DNA of 64,000 nucleotides from Longimicrobiales bacterium (GCA_035512635.1 DATKDR010000047.1:21518-85517), one strand, 5' to 3'; shown: positions 28,790-39,060, numbered from the stretch's first letter. The notes: a model not told the origin generated them from the sequence alone. Numbers and translations are program-made.

Positions 28790-29728
28790 CTATCCCTTCC
28801 CCGCCGCGAGGCGCATGCGGGTCACCACGCGATAGAGCCAGGGCGTGAATGCCGCCGCCGAAGCCGCGGCCCAGCGCCGCAGCGGCCACGGCCGCGCCCG
28901 CAGGGCCCGCCTGAAATACCGCGTCGCCTCCGCCGGCGCGCCGCCGACCATGAGCAGCGTGGCCAGCGCGTAGAGGAAATCGCCACGCGCGCGTCGATCG
29001 AGCCTTAGTTCGCTGGGGCGATGCTCCGCGAGGAGGGCGCAAGCCTCGACGAGACGCTGCGGCGAGCTGGAGATGCCGCCGATGGTGTCGCGGCTCCGGA
29101 CCAGCACTTCATCGACGGCTACGAAGCGCGACGCGCGCGCGAGGCGTAGCCACAGGTCCCAGTCCTGGAGTCGCGGCAGCTCGACGTCGAACCCGCCGAT
29201 CGCCTCCAGAGGAGCGCGGCGCATGATGGCGGTGGAGGTGTCGATGAAGTTGCCGGTGACCAGGACCGCCAACGGATCACTGCGTCCGCTCAGATCGGGC
29301 AGCGTCGGCGTCCGCTGCCGTCCGTTGGATTCCACAACGCGGCGGCAATAGGCGACGTCGGCGCCGGTGTGCGCATCAAGGACGCCGGTCATGCGTGTCA
29401 GGAATTCCGGAGCCCAGGTGTCGTCATCGTCGAGGAAGCAGACGTAGCCGCCGCGGGCCAACCGAAGCCCCGCGTTGCGCGCGGCCGCCGCGCCGCCGGA
29501 TCGGTCGAGCCGGATCAGGCGTGCGCGCCGGACGGCGTTCACCGCGGCTTCGATTTCGACGGCGGCGGATACGGCCGAGCTGTCGTCGACGACGATCAGC
29601 TCCCACGACGGCTCGCTCTGCGCCTCCACGCTCGCGATCGCCTGGCGCAGCAGCGCCGGCCGGTCGCGCGTCGGGATAACCACGGTGGCTCGTGGAGGAG
29701 CGACGGCATAGCCGGTCCCCGTGCTCAT
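28790..29728 (-). CDS. GT2 glycosyltransferase
   Basis: VVIPTRDR, VVDDSS, ARNAG, FLDDDD and QDWDLWLR; ATG at 29728. Confidence 0.9.
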   Translation of the reverse strand: MSTGTGYAVAPPRATVVIPTRDRPALLRQAIASVEAQSEPSWELIVVDDSSAVSAAVEIEAAVNAVRRARLIRLDRSGGAAAARNAGLRLARGGYVCFLDDDDTWAPEFLTRMTGVLDAHTGADVAYCRRVVESNGRQRTPTLPDLSGRSDPLAVLVTGNFIDTSTAIMRRAPLEAIGGFDVELPRLQDWDLWLRLARASRFVAVDEVLVRSRDTIGGISSSPQRLVEACALLAEHRPSELRLDRRARGDFLYALATLLMVGGAPAEATRYFRRALRARPWPLRRWAAASAAAFTPWLYRVVTRMRLAAGKG

Positions 29729-30522
29729 GATTCGCGGCGGGGTTTGCCGACGACGAAGATCGGCTCCGGCTCGATCGCATGCAGCGCCAGGAGAGCTGGC
29801 GGTTGCTCGTCGGCGAAGCGGTCGGTCCGTACGTGGAAGCCGGCGCGGCGCAGGCGGTCCGGATAATCGCTTCCGTAGGCGCGCATGTGGTCTGCCTGAC
29901 CGAAGAGGCGCTCGCGCTCCGACGGCTCCCGAACGCGCGGATCTTCGAATGTACGCGCGCGTGTGGGATCGATCGGCACCTGGAGCATGGCCCATCCCGA
30001 GTCGCTCAGCACACGGTACAGCTCCTCCAGCGCCGCCACGTCGTCAGACACGTGCTCGAGCACATGACTGCACAGGATCACGTCGAAAGCGCCACTGGCG
30101 AATGGCAGTGCGGTGATGTCACACCGGATCGAAACGTCGGTGCCGTCGAGGTCGACGGAAAGGTACTCGATGGAGCCGGACGCCAGCAGTCGGTTGCGGA
30201 GACACGACTCCGGGGCGAAATGCAGAACACGCCGCGGGCGCGTGAAGAGATCCGTGCGTGCGACGAGAAAGAGCCACTGGAGCCTGTGTCGCTCGAGCGA
30301 TCCGCACTGAGGGCAGCGGGCATTCCTTCGCGCGACGACGCCTGCCGGTCGAAACGAGCGGAAGCGCCAGCCGCAGACAGGGCACTGCACCAGCCAGCGC
30401 CCGGCCTTGCACCATGCGATCTCCGCCACTCGCCAGAGTTTCTGCCGCACGGCAAGGGGCATCAGTGAGCGCAGGGTGCGTAGCGGGAGAGAACCGCCCG
30501 ATGGCGGGGATGTGGCCGTCAA
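29725..30522 (-). CDS. Class I SAM methyltransferase with N-terminal zinc ribbon
   Basis: CPVC...CPQCGSLERHR, VLHFAPE, CSHVLEHV and FGQADH; start uncertain (TTG 30522 or ATG 30462). Confidence 0.85.
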   Translation of the reverse strand: MTATSPPSGGSLPLRTLRSLMPLAVRQKLWRVAEIAWCKAGRWLVQCPVCGWRFRSFRPAGVVARRNARCPQCGSLERHRLQWLFLVARTDLFTRPRRVLHFAPESCLRNRLLASGSIEYLSVDLDGTDVSIRCDITALPFASGAFDVILCSHVLEHVSDDVAALEELYRVLSDSGWAMLQVPIDPTRARTFEDPRVREPSERERLFGQADHMRAYGSDYPDRLRRAGFHVRTDRFADEQPPALLALHAIEPEPIFVVGKPRRES

Positions 30523-31679
30523 GGCTTCGCCGCCCGGAGCTGCGCTTCCCGCATCATCGCGCGCGCGTCGTCGTAGTGGCTCTCGAGCCGCTCCGCCAGC
30601 AGCGAAGCCTCGTGCTGGCGCTCGACATGCCTGCGTCCGGCACGTGCGAGATCGGCCCACCGCTCGGGATGTTGCAGCAGCCATCGCAGGTGCGCCGCCA
30701 GCTGATCGAGATCGTCCTCGGGCGCAAGCAACGCCCCGCCGGCGCCGGCCACGAACGGAATGTCCGCGTGGGTGGTGGACACGATCGGCAGACCCGTGGC
30801 CTGCGCCTCGATGAGCGCCGTCGGCGCGCCGCCCTCCCCATCGCCCTTTGGTCCGAAGCGGCTCGGATGGATGAATACGTCCGCATCGGCCAGATCGCGC
30901 GCGTATTGCTCGTGAGTACGCATTCCGGCGAACTCGACGCGCTCCGCGATTCCCAGCTCGCGCGCGAGCGCTTCGAGCGCAGGTCGCTCCGGCCCGTCGC
31001 CGATCAGACGCAGGCGTGAACCGGTACCGTCCGCAGCGCGCGCGAAGGCCCGCAGCGTGAGATCCACGCCCTTTTTGGGGACGAACCGGCACGCCTGGAG
31101 CACGATGGCCCGTTCCCGCGGCGCCGGCAGCCGAAAGGGAAAGCTTTCGATTCGAATCGGGATCGGATGCACGCGAGTCCTGTGCGGCGGTGCGCCGAGG
31201 TCGATGAGCCGCTCGCGCAGGGACGGGCCTTCCGCTAGAACGAGCGTCGCATGATGCAGCAGCGCGCGGATACGTCGCCGCCACCTCCAGTCCCGTGGCA
31301 GCTCCGTGGCGTCGAATCCGTAGAAGGTCACGACGAGCGGAATGCCGGCCCTTCGGGCAGCCGGCCACGCAGCGACGCCCTCCGCGGCAAAGTGCGCGTG
31401 CACGACTTCGGGGCACACCGCCCTGATCGCGCGAGCCACGCGCGCGCGCCGCTGTCGGATCTCGGCGAGCGGCAACCACCGACGCGCGAGGGAAGCAACG
31501 CGACCGCCCGCGCACTCGTCCAGCCGCAAGGGTGGGTCGTCGGACCAGGCCGTACCGCGGACGATCTCATGCGTCGACACCACGGCTCTGTATCGGGAGT
31601 GGCTCGTCACCGTCGTGCGGATGAACGTCTCCGACGGCACCGGAAACCGCGACCGGTAGTGCAGCACGAGGGGCATCAT
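30519..31679 (-). CDS. GT4 glycosyltransferase (WcaL-like)
   Basis: SETFI, VHAHF, TFYGFD, RFVPKKG and EGGAPTALIEAQA; start placed at ATG 31679. Confidence 0.9.
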   Translation of the reverse strand: MMPLVLHYRSRFPVPSETFIRTTVTSHSRYRAVVSTHEIVRGTAWSDDPPLRLDECAGGRVASLARRWLPLAEIRQRRARVARAIRAVCPEVVHAHFAAEGVAAWPAARRAGIPLVVTFYGFDATELPRDWRWRRRIRALLHHATLVLAEGPSLRERLIDLGAPPHRTRVHPIPIRIESFPFRLPAPRERAIVLQACRFVPKKGVDLTLRAFARAADGTGSRLRLIGDGPERPALEALARELGIAERVEFAGMRTHEQYARDLADADVFIHPSRFGPKGDGEGGAPTALIEAQATGLPIVSTTHADIPFVAGAGGALLAPEDDLDQLAAHLRWLLQHPERWADLARAGRRHVERQHEASLLAERLESHYDDARAMMREAQLRAAKP

Positions 31680-31879
31680 GCCGTGCCCGCGATTCGATTG
31701 CATGTGGATCGCATCTTCTTCCGCAGCACCCGGGGGCGGGTAAGGCAGAGGAGCAGCACGGCGCCCGCGATGATGGGGGCGGTTTTCGGCGATGCGCCGG
31801 AGCACGCGGCCGGGGTCTGACAGCCCCAGCCGCAGTGCGGCACCATGGGCCGTATCGTCTGGGATCGGCATCCATGCAT
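31676..31879 (-). CDS. Small 67-aa Cys-rich ORF or gene remnant
   Basis: Fills the gap exactly, with TGATG overlap upstream and ATGA overlap downstream; no recognisable family. Confidence 0.35.
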   Translation of the reverse strand: MHGCRSQTIRPMVPHCGWGCQTPAACSGASPKTAPIIAGAVLLLCLTRPRVLRKKMRSTCNRIAGTA

Positions 31880-33378
31880 CACAGGCGACTGCCTCGCAGC
31901 AGCGACAGCGCCAGCATCATCGACGGGGGACGCAGCCACGCCAGCGTGATCAGGTAGACCAGACCGCTCGCCGGGATCACAATCAAAAGGAGCGCGGGAT
32001 CAGAGAGGCCCGCCTCCGTCACGAGGCCACGAATGATGCGCGCCGCGGCGGCCATGACACCGAGCGCGAGCAACGGAGGCCACAGGAGACGAACGAGATC
32101 ATCGAGATGCAGGTCGACGAGCGCGCCGGCAATCAGGAGGGCGGGCAGCGCGAGTGCCCACGACGCGAGCGCGTACGCAACCGCAACACCTTCGACCTCC
32201 CATCGCAGGCCCAAAACGACGGCCGCCGCGACGACGATGGCAGACACGAGACCCCACCGGAACATGACGTCAGTGCGCCCCACCGATTGATAGATCCATC
32301 CCGTCGTGATCACCATCACCTGTGCGATCCCGGCGACGGAGAGTGCCTGGAGCAGGAAGCCCGCGCGCTCCCAGACCGACCCGAACAGGGCGGAGGCGAT
32401 CTCCGGTCCCGTCGCGGCCATCAGGACGAGAATCGGCGCCGTCATTAGTGTCGTCAGCTGAATGCTGGCTCCTGCAATCCGTCGTCGGCGCTCCGGCTCG
32501 CTTCGCAGTTCGGCCAGGAGCGGAAACATCACCTGTCCCACGATCGCCGATACCTGTTGCAGCGGCAGATACATCAGATTGTACGCGATGCCGTAGAGAC
32601 CCAACTGGCCGCTGCCGAGCACGCGTCCGATCAGCAGGTTGTCCGCGTTCCGCGCCCAATAATTGACGAAGGCGAATCCGGTGAGATGACTGCTGAAGGG
32701 GATCAAGTCACGTAGCGCTTGCCGGTCCGGCATGCCCGTGGGCCTCCAGCGCGCCATGAGGAAAGCCATCGCGGTGCCGGTCGCCGATGCCACCAGCACC
32801 TGGGCGACCAGTGCCCATGCCCCCGCACCGGAGAACGCGAGCGCGATCGCCGCGATGGCGCCAGCCGAAACCGCGACGAACTCTGTCGCGGCGAAAGCGC
32901 GGAACCGCATCCCCCGGATCAGCATGGATCGTGGTGTGGTGCCCGCGGCGACCAGCACGAGTTGCAGCGCCATCGCCTGCGTCAGGAGCGTGAGCGCGGG
33001 GCGGCCAAAGAACCAGGCGAGGAGCGGCGCGGCCGCGGCAACCACGATCATGAACGACAGGCCCACCCCCAGCGTGAACCAGAAGACGGTGGATCGGTGC
33101 GTTTCCAGCAGCGGCCGCTGCTGCACCAGGGCGGCGCCGAGGCCCATGTCCGTGAACAGGGTGCCGAAGCCCGTCACCAACGCCACCATCGCGAGGAGAC
33201 CGAAGTCGTCCGGGACCAGAATGCGCGCGAGCACCACTGTCGCGGCGATCTGGACAAGGTGGCCACCCACCTTGCCAGCGCCGTTCCAGAGCACCGAGTC
33301 AAAGGCGTGGTAGGTGCCAAACGAATCGGTCGTGCGCTCTACCGGGCTGCGCAGCAGCGAGGCTGTTGGCCGAGTCAT
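31879..33378 (-). CDS. wzx: Wzx/PST-family polysaccharide flippase
   Basis: LARILVPDDFGL, DMGLGAALVQ, NADNLLIGRVLG and LGLYGIAY; polytopic membrane protein. Confidence 0.9.
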   Translation of the reverse strand: MTRPTASLLRSPVERTTDSFGTYHAFDSVLWNGAGKVGGHLVQIAATVVLARILVPDDFGLLAMVALVTGFGTLFTDMGLGAALVQQRPLLETHRSTVFWFTLGVGLSFMIVVAAAAPLLAWFFGRPALTLLTQAMALQLVLVAAGTTPRSMLIRGMRFRAFAATEFVAVSAGAIAAIALAFSGAGAWALVAQVLVASATGTAMAFLMARWRPTGMPDRQALRDLIPFSSHLTGFAFVNYWARNADNLLIGRVLGSGQLGLYGIAYNLMYLPLQQVSAIVGQVMFPLLAELRSEPERRRRIAGASIQLTTLMTAPILVLMAATGPEIASALFGSVWERAGFLLQALSVAGIAQVMVITTGWIYQSVGRTDVMFRWGLVSAIVVAAAVVLGLRWEVEGVAVAYALASWALALPALLIAGALVDLHLDDLVRLLWPPLLALGVMAAAARIIRGLVTEAGLSDPALLLIVIPASGLVYLITLAWLRPPSMMLALSLLRGSRL

Positions 33379-34013
33379 CAGTGAGACGCGATCACGGTGT
33401 AGCTCGCCGTCTCCTCCGGGTGCGGATCCCAGCGATCGAGGGCGGGAGCCACCCGCTGGCCCAGCCACCAGAGCGGCGCGAGCAGGAGCCCGAGCCGGCC
33501 CGACAGCCAACGCTGGGTGTGGTAGTTGAACTTCAGCACCCAGGTCTGCCAGAAACCCGTGTTCTCGCGCACTTCGACCGACCCAAAGCCTGCTCGCGCG
33601 AGCAGGTGCTCCAGCCCGTGGCGCGTGAAGCGATAGTAGTCGTGCGGCGCTTCGTGCACGCCCCACATGAACGGCACCGTCAGGAACAGGCGTCCGTCCG
33701 TGCGCAGCACCCTTCGGCATTCGTGAAGAAACCCGGCTGGATCAGGCAAATGCTCCATGACCTGGAAGGCCACGACAGTATCGGCCGATGCGTCCCGGAA
33801 AGGCAGCGGCAGACCAATACTGGCCAGCACGTCCACATCCTTTAGGTCATGCAGACTCTGCGGCCAATCGACGCCGTAGTATCGATCGGCCCGCGACAGG
33901 ATCTCCGCTCGATAGGGGGACTGGCCGCAGCCGAGGTCCAGGACCGTCCCCGCGTACGGCAGGCTCTCGGCGATGCGCCGGTTCAGCTCGAGGATGAGCC
34001 GGTTGTGCCTCAC
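33378..34013 (-). CDS. Class I SAM methyltransferase
   Basis: VLDLGCG, QVMEHLPDP and HEAPHDYYRFT. Confidence 0.9.
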   Translation of the reverse strand: MRHNRLILELNRRIAESLPYAGTVLDLGCGQSPYRAEILSRADRYYGVDWPQSLHDLKDVDVLASIGLPLPFRDASADTVVAFQVMEHLPDPAGFLHECRRVLRTDGRLFLTVPFMWGVHEAPHDYYRFTRHGLEHLLARAGFGSVEVRENTGFWQTWVLKFNYHTQRWLSGRLGLLLAPLWWLGQRVAPALDRWDPHPEETASYTVIASH

Positions 34014-34555
34014 CCGTACCAGCCTTCGCGAATCTTGCGCGCGGGCGCGCCCGCGTAGATTGCGTTGGTCTCGAGCTCACCCCGCACCACCGAACCAGCA
34101 CCGACGACGACATTGTCGGCAATCGTCGATCCGGGCAGAATGACGCAGTTCGCGCCGACAAAGACATTGCTTCCGATTCGGATGTCGGCCGTGATCCTCT
34201 CCTCGGCGACGAGGCGACCCGCGCGATAGTGATTGGAGTACGCGATGATGCGGGTGCCGGGACCGATCGCCACGCCCGAGCCGAGGACGATCGTGCCCCG
34301 CGCGACGTTCACATAGCAGTATGCGCCCAGGTGACAGTGCTCTCCCATGATCAGTCGACCGTCTGTATTCAGAACGTAGGTGCCATGGTAGAGTGCGCAG
34401 CCGTCTCCCGCGCTGAAGTGTGCAGGGTGCGACACGATCACGCCGGTATCGATTTGGCAGGACGTCCGATAGCGCCGGCGCCGCAGCCATGCCGCAAGGT
34501 CGGATCGATTGTGACGGATCAGCGCATCGGCGCAGCCTGCGAGGAATCCGGTCAC
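34010..34555 (-). CDS. Hexapeptide-repeat (LbH) acetyltransferase
   Basis: IGSNVFVGANCVILPG, VGAGSVV and YAGAPARKIR. Confidence 0.9.
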   Translation of the reverse strand: MTGFLAGCADALIRHNRSDLAAWLRRRRYRTSCQIDTGVIVSHPAHFSAGDGCALYHGTYVLNTDGRLIMGEHCHLGAYCYVNVARGTIVLGSGVAIGPGTRIIAYSNHYRAGRLVAEERITADIRIGSNVFVGANCVILPGSTIADNVVVGAGSVVRGELETNAIYAGAPARKIREGWYG

Positions 34556-35781
34556 GAGGCCTCGGCCAGCCATCGCTCGTCCTCCGGCAGCAGGGTCGGA
34601 AAGTTCACGCAGCGGGCGACAGCCCTGTCCGCGTTCCGGACGGATGGCAGCTCGGGATCGACCGGATGCAGCTTCCCGGTGAACCAGACGCCGAGATCGA
34701 CGCCCAGTTCCCGGACCGCCCAGTCCCGCCGCCGCTTGCGCTCGGGATCCACGAGCACGGGGTAGCGCAGGAATACGGGTGCCGAGTCCTGGACGATCAG
34801 CGGCAGAGCATGCCCGGTGCGATGACACCACTCATCCCACACGGTGGCGGCCGCGCGACGCCGATGTGTGAACCGCTCGATCTTGCCGAGCTGATTGAGC
34901 GCGAGAGCGGCAGCCGGAGCGGACATCGCGCGGCCATAATCCCCCGGCCGCTCACCTCTCGCCTCGGCAGCCGTCGTGGTCGGGTAGATGCGTCCAGCAC
35001 GATGCTGCCGAGCCCAGGGATTACCCCGAACGATCCCGCGGGAGTGACCCTGCCGATACAGCAGAGGCACCACGTCGAGGAGGCGACGCACGTGTGCGGC
35101 GTCCGGCGGCCCTGCGCGCTCCGCGAGGTGCGCGAGCTGCGAGGCGAGGTCGGGCTGGTTGGTCACCGCGATGCCGCCCTGCGCCGAGCTGATGACCTTC
35201 GACCGCTCCGTCGAGTAGATGCCGATGTCGCCGCGGGTGCCCACGTTCGCGCCCTTCCACTGCGCCCCCATCGCCTGCGCGCAGTCCTCGATGACAACAA
35301 GCCCGAGCCGCCGGGCATGGGACAGCGCCCGCTCGTAGTCGCGGCTGACCAGTCCATAGAGGTGCTGCAGCACGACGGCGCGCGTTCGAGGCGTGATGGC
35401 TCTCTCCAGCGCCTGCGCGTCGAGCCCGTAGGTTTCGAGTTCGATGTCTGCGAAAACGGGTATCAGCCCCGCGAAGCGGATCGCGTTGGGCACGACCACG
35501 CAGGTGTAGCCGGGAACGACCACTTCCGCGCCGGGCTCCAGCTTCAGCGCTTCGAACGCCGCGCTCAACGCGACTCGTCCGCTCTCGAACGCGACGGCGC
35601 GATGCGAGCGATTCCACGCGGCGAATGCTTCCTCGAACGCCGCGACGGTCGTGCGCTCACGCCAGCGCTCCGGCTGCTCGCGCCAGCGACGGGCGAGCTC
35701 CACGTCGTCGCGTTCCGTCGTCCCGTACACTGGACTCACGGGAGACCAGCGATCCGCCAGCGGCGCCCTCGCTCCGCTCAT
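34552..35781 (-). CDS. DegT/DnrJ/EryC1/StrS-family aminotransferase (divergent)
   Basis: SGRVAL, PGYTCVVV, QHLYG, IEDCAQ and STERSKVISSAQGG. Confidence 0.85.
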   Translation of the reverse strand: MSGARAPLADRWSPVSPVYGTTERDDVELARRWREQPERWRERTTVAAFEEAFAAWNRSHRAVAFESGRVALSAAFEALKLEPGAEVVVPGYTCVVVPNAIRFAGLIPVFADIELETYGLDAQALERAITPRTRAVVLQHLYGLVSRDYERALSHARRLGLVVIEDCAQAMGAQWKGANVGTRGDIGIYSTERSKVISSAQGGIAVTNQPDLASQLAHLAERAGPPDAAHVRRLLDVVPLLYRQGHSRGIVRGNPWARQHRAGRIYPTTTAAEARGERPGDYGRAMSAPAAALALNQLGKIERFTHRRRAAATVWDEWCHRTGHALPLIVQDSAPVFLRYPVLVDPERKRRRDWAVRELGVDLGVWFTGKLHPVDPELPSVRNADRAVARCVNFPTLLPEDERWLAEAS

Positions 35782-36992
35782 GCGCGGCTCACGGCGGCGC
35801 CGAACGCGTCCCGCACGCCTGCGATCACCCGATCGACATCGCGGTCCGTGAGCTTCGCGGACAGCGGAAGTGACAACGTGCGATCCGATATGAACTCCGC
35901 TTCGGGATAGTCTCCCCGCCGATGGCCGAAGGCTTCGCGGTAATACTGGTGCAGGTGGACCGCCATGTAGTGGATGCCGGTACCGATGCCGGCTCGATGC
36001 AGCCGATCCTGAAGTTCCTGCCTGCCAAGGCCGCCGGAGCCGCCGTCCACCAGCACCGCGTACAGATGCCGCGCGTGCCGTGTCTGCGGTTCGGGCGCCG
36101 CGGGCAGTACCAGCGGCAAGTCGCGCAGCGCTTCGTCGTAGCGACGCCAGATCTGATCGCGACGGACCCAGTTCCCCTCCAGCCGCTCGAGCTGGTGCAG
36201 TCCGAGTGCCGCCTGAAGATCCATCATGTTGTACTTGAAGCCGGGTACCGTCACCTCATAATGCCGGAAGCCCTCGTCCGAGTATCGCTTCCACGCGTCG
36301 TGCGACAGACCGTGCAGACTCAGCGTCTTGATGCGGCCCGCGAATTCCTCGCTGGCCGTTGTCACCATTCCGCCCTCTCCCGTCGTCAGGTTCTTCGTGA
36401 CGTAGAACGAGAAGCAGGTGAGGTCGCCGATCGTGCCGATCTTCCTGCCCCGATACTCCGCTTCGATCGCATGCGCGGCGTCCTCGACAAGGATCAGACG
36501 GTATTCCGCGGCGAGTGCCTCGAGCGCGTCCATCTCGCAGGGGCGGCCGCCGAAGTGAACGGGCAGTAGCGCGCGGATCCGTCGCCCCGTACGCCGGTTC
36601 GTCGTGCCGTCATCGGTGACTTCGCATTCGGTCTCGAGGAACCGGCGGACTGCGTCGGGACTCAGGTTCTGCGTCGCCCGGTCCACATCGACGAAACGCG
36701 GAACCCCCCCGGCGTGGATGATCGCGTTGGCAGTTGCGACAAAAGTCAGTGGCGACGTGATGACTTCGTCGCCCGGCTGAACCCCGGCAACCAGCATCGA
36801 CACGTGCAATGCAGCGGTGCAGGAGTTGAGAGCGACCGCGTGCTGTGCCCCGATGTAATCGCGGAATGCAGCCTCGAAACGTGCGACGCGCGGACCGGTT
36901 CCGATCCACCCGGAACGAAGCGTGTCGACGACCTCGCCGATCTCGTCGTCAGTGATCTGCGGGCTGCCGAAAATCAGGAACTCGTCGGTCAT
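35778..36992 (-). CDS. DegT/DnrJ/EryC1/StrS-family aminotransferase
   Basis: NSCTAALH, EDAAHA, SFYVTKNLTTGEGG, GFKYNM and LSLPL. Confidence 0.95.
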   Translation of the reverse strand: MTDEFLIFGSPQITDDEIGEVVDTLRSGWIGTGPRVARFEAAFRDYIGAQHAVALNSCTAALHVSMLVAGVQPGDEVITSPLTFVATANAIIHAGGVPRFVDVDRATQNLSPDAVRRFLETECEVTDDGTTNRRTGRRIRALLPVHFGGRPCEMDALEALAAEYRLILVEDAAHAIEAEYRGRKIGTIGDLTCFSFYVTKNLTTGEGGMVTTASEEFAGRIKTLSLHGLSHDAWKRYSDEGFRHYEVTVPGFKYNMMDLQAALGLHQLERLEGNWVRRDQIWRRYDEALRDLPLVLPAAPEPQTRHARHLYAVLVDGGSGGLGRQELQDRLHRAGIGTGIHYMAVHLHQYYREAFGHRRGDYPEAEFISDRTLSLPLSAKLTDRDVDRVIAGVRDAFGAAVSRA

Positions 36993-37846
36993 GCTCCCGC
37001 CCGTCGCCCCGCCTGGAATCCTGCCCAGCGCACGAACTCGTACGTGAGCAGCTGCGGCAGGCGGTGGGTGTGGCCCTGCCGCATGAAATACTTCAGCTCG
37101 GTGCCGAGGAAGCGCGCGGACTCGCCGAGCGTGGCGCCGCCGTCGAGCCCGATGCCGCGCAGCGCGCGACCGACCAGGAAGGTGCGCCGGAACAGGCCGC
37201 GCAACGAGTAGCTGTGCGCGTGCAGCGCTTCGGCCGTCGGCTCATAGGCGAGGCTCCAGCCGGCGGCGAGGGCCTGGTGCGCCCAGACCTGGTCCTCGCT
37301 CACGGGCACGTCGTCGACGAACGGCACGCGCAGCAGCGCCCCGCGCCGCACTGCGCTGAACGCGTTCGAGAAGACGACGCGACCGGGCCGCGGCGTATGC
37401 CCGCCCGGCTGCGGATCGAAGCGCAGCGGCTCGGCCGGATAATTCATGGCGACGAAGAACATCTCCATCGTCGTCGCATCGCGCGGGATCTGGCGGCCGT
37501 AGACGCCGGCCAGCCGCGGATCGCGCCGGAGCGCGGCGTCGAGCCGGAGCGGCCAGTCCGCCGTGACCGGCAGCACGTCCTGCGTCAGAAAGCAGATGGT
37601 CGCGCCGCGGGTCAGCCGCGCGCCGAGATTGCGCGTGCGTCCGTGGCCGAACTCGCTGCGCGGTATGCGGTGCACCGCGAAGCCCGCCTCTTCCGCGACG
37701 CGGTCGCTGCCGTCCGTGGAGCCGGAATCGATGACGAGCACTTCGACGCCGTACCGCTCGCGCAGCGTGCCCAGGTGGCGCGCCAGGTTCCGGAAATGGC
37801 CGCCGCCGTTCAGCGTCGGCACCACGATCGAGACGTCGTGCGCCAT
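36989..37846 (-). CDS. GT2 glycosyltransferase (rhamnosyltransferase-like)
   Basis: VPTLNGG, IDSGSTDG, FGHGRTRNLG, FLTQD, YGRQIP and SEDQ; ATG at 37846. Confidence 0.88.
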   Translation of the reverse strand: MAHDVSIVVPTLNGGGHFRNLARHLGTLRERYGVEVLVIDSGSTDGSDRVAEEAGFAVHRIPRSEFGHGRTRNLGARLTRGATICFLTQDVLPVTADWPLRLDAALRRDPRLAGVYGRQIPRDATTMEMFFVAMNYPAEPLRFDPQPGGHTPRPGRVVFSNAFSAVRRGALLRVPFVDDVPVSEDQVWAHQALAAGWSLAYEPTAEALHAHSYSLRGLFRRTFLVGRALRGIGLDGGATLGESARFLGTELKYFMRQGHTHRLPQLLTYEFVRWAGFQAGRRAGA

Positions 37847-39060
37847 CAGACGCGCTCGAACTCCGACGCGCGCAGCAGGCTGAGGAAGAAGGACCCGAAC
37901 ACGCCTTCCGCGCCGATGACCATGAGCGTGAGCGCGAGGACGGCGGGCCGCACGGCGAAGAGCACGCCGCCGCCCTGGCTCAGCCAGCTCGACAGGATCC
38001 AGACGTTGAGGGCGAGGCCGGCGCCGAGCAGCAACAGGCCGAACGCGACGCCGCGCTCGAGCGTGTACGCGCGATGGAAGCGCACGATCCACGGATCGAA
38101 GGTGCCGACGCGGTGCACGAGCGCATACGTCTTGGCGAACAGGCCGAGCAGCAGGAGCTGGGTGCCGAGCATCGCGATCGTGCCGCCCACGAACATGAAG
38201 TGGAAGTCGAGCGTCAGGCGGCCGAAGCGAACGGGGCCGAAGAGCAGGGCGGTCTCGAGGCCGAGTCCCGCGAGCAGCAGCGCGATGCCCGGGAGCAGGA
38301 AGAGCCGCGTCGGACTGAGCAGGATCAGCCGCTGGATGACGCGCCAGCCGTCGCCAACGCTGCGGCGCGCGGCGCCCTCCGCGCGCGGGCTGAAAACGAC
38401 GGGGACCTCGACCATGCGGAGTCCGGCGCGGCCCGCCTCCATCACCATCTCGCTCGCGAACTCGACGCCGACCGCGCCCAGGTTCAGGCGCGGCAACGCG
38501 TCGCGGCGGATGGAGCGCATGCCGCAGCGCACGTCGGAAACGCGCAGGCCGAATGCGCGGCGGAACAGGTGCGCCTGGAGCGGCTCCAGCACGTGCCGGT
38601 GGCGGCCGCCCATCGCGCCCGGAAGCATGGTGCCGTTGCGGCGCGTGCCGAGCACCATCTCGTAACCGGCGCGCAGCGGCTCCACGAAACGGTTCAGCGT
38701 GGCGACGTCGTAGGTGCCGTCGCCGTCGACCAGCACGACGAGCTCGCCGCGGGCGGCCTCGATGCCGCGAAGGCAGGCTGCGCCGTAGCCGCGAATCGGC
38801 TGCGACACGACGATCGCGCCCGCCGCCGCGGCGCGGGCCGCCGAATCGTCGTCCGACGCATTGTCGCAGACGATGATCTCCGCGGTGTAGCCGTCGCGCT
38901 CGATCGCGGCGCGCAGCTCGGCGACCACCAAGGCGACCGTTTCCTCCTCGTTGCGGCACGGCACCACGACGGACAGCAGCGGCGTCGTGTCGCCCGCGAC
39001 CGCCGCGCCCGGCGTCTCCGGCAGCGTCGGCCGGACACCCGTCGTGGTCATCGTCTTCAC
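37846..39060 (-). CDS. DPM/DPG-synthase-like GT2 with C-terminal TM domain
   Basis: PCRNEE, GYGAA, DGDGTYD, EFASEM and DGWR, followed by about four TMs. Confidence 0.88.
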   Translation of the reverse strand: MKTMTTTGVRPTLPETPGAAVAGDTTPLLSVVVPCRNEEETVALVVAELRAAIERDGYTAEIIVCDNASDDDSAARAAAAGAIVVSQPIRGYGAACLRGIEAARGELVVLVDGDGTYDVATLNRFVEPLRAGYEMVLGTRRNGTMLPGAMGGRHRHVLEPLQAHLFRRAFGLRVSDVRCGMRSIRRDALPRLNLGAVGVEFASEMVMEAGRAGLRMVEVPVVFSPRAEGAARRSVGDGWRVIQRLILLSPTRLFLLPGIALLLAGLGLETALLFGPVRFGRLTLDFHFMFVGGTIAMLGTQLLLLGLFAKTYALVHRVGTFDPWIVRFHRAYTLERGVAFGLLLLGAGLALNVWILSSWLSQGGGVLFAVRPAVLALTLMVIGAEGVFGSFFLSLLRASEFERV

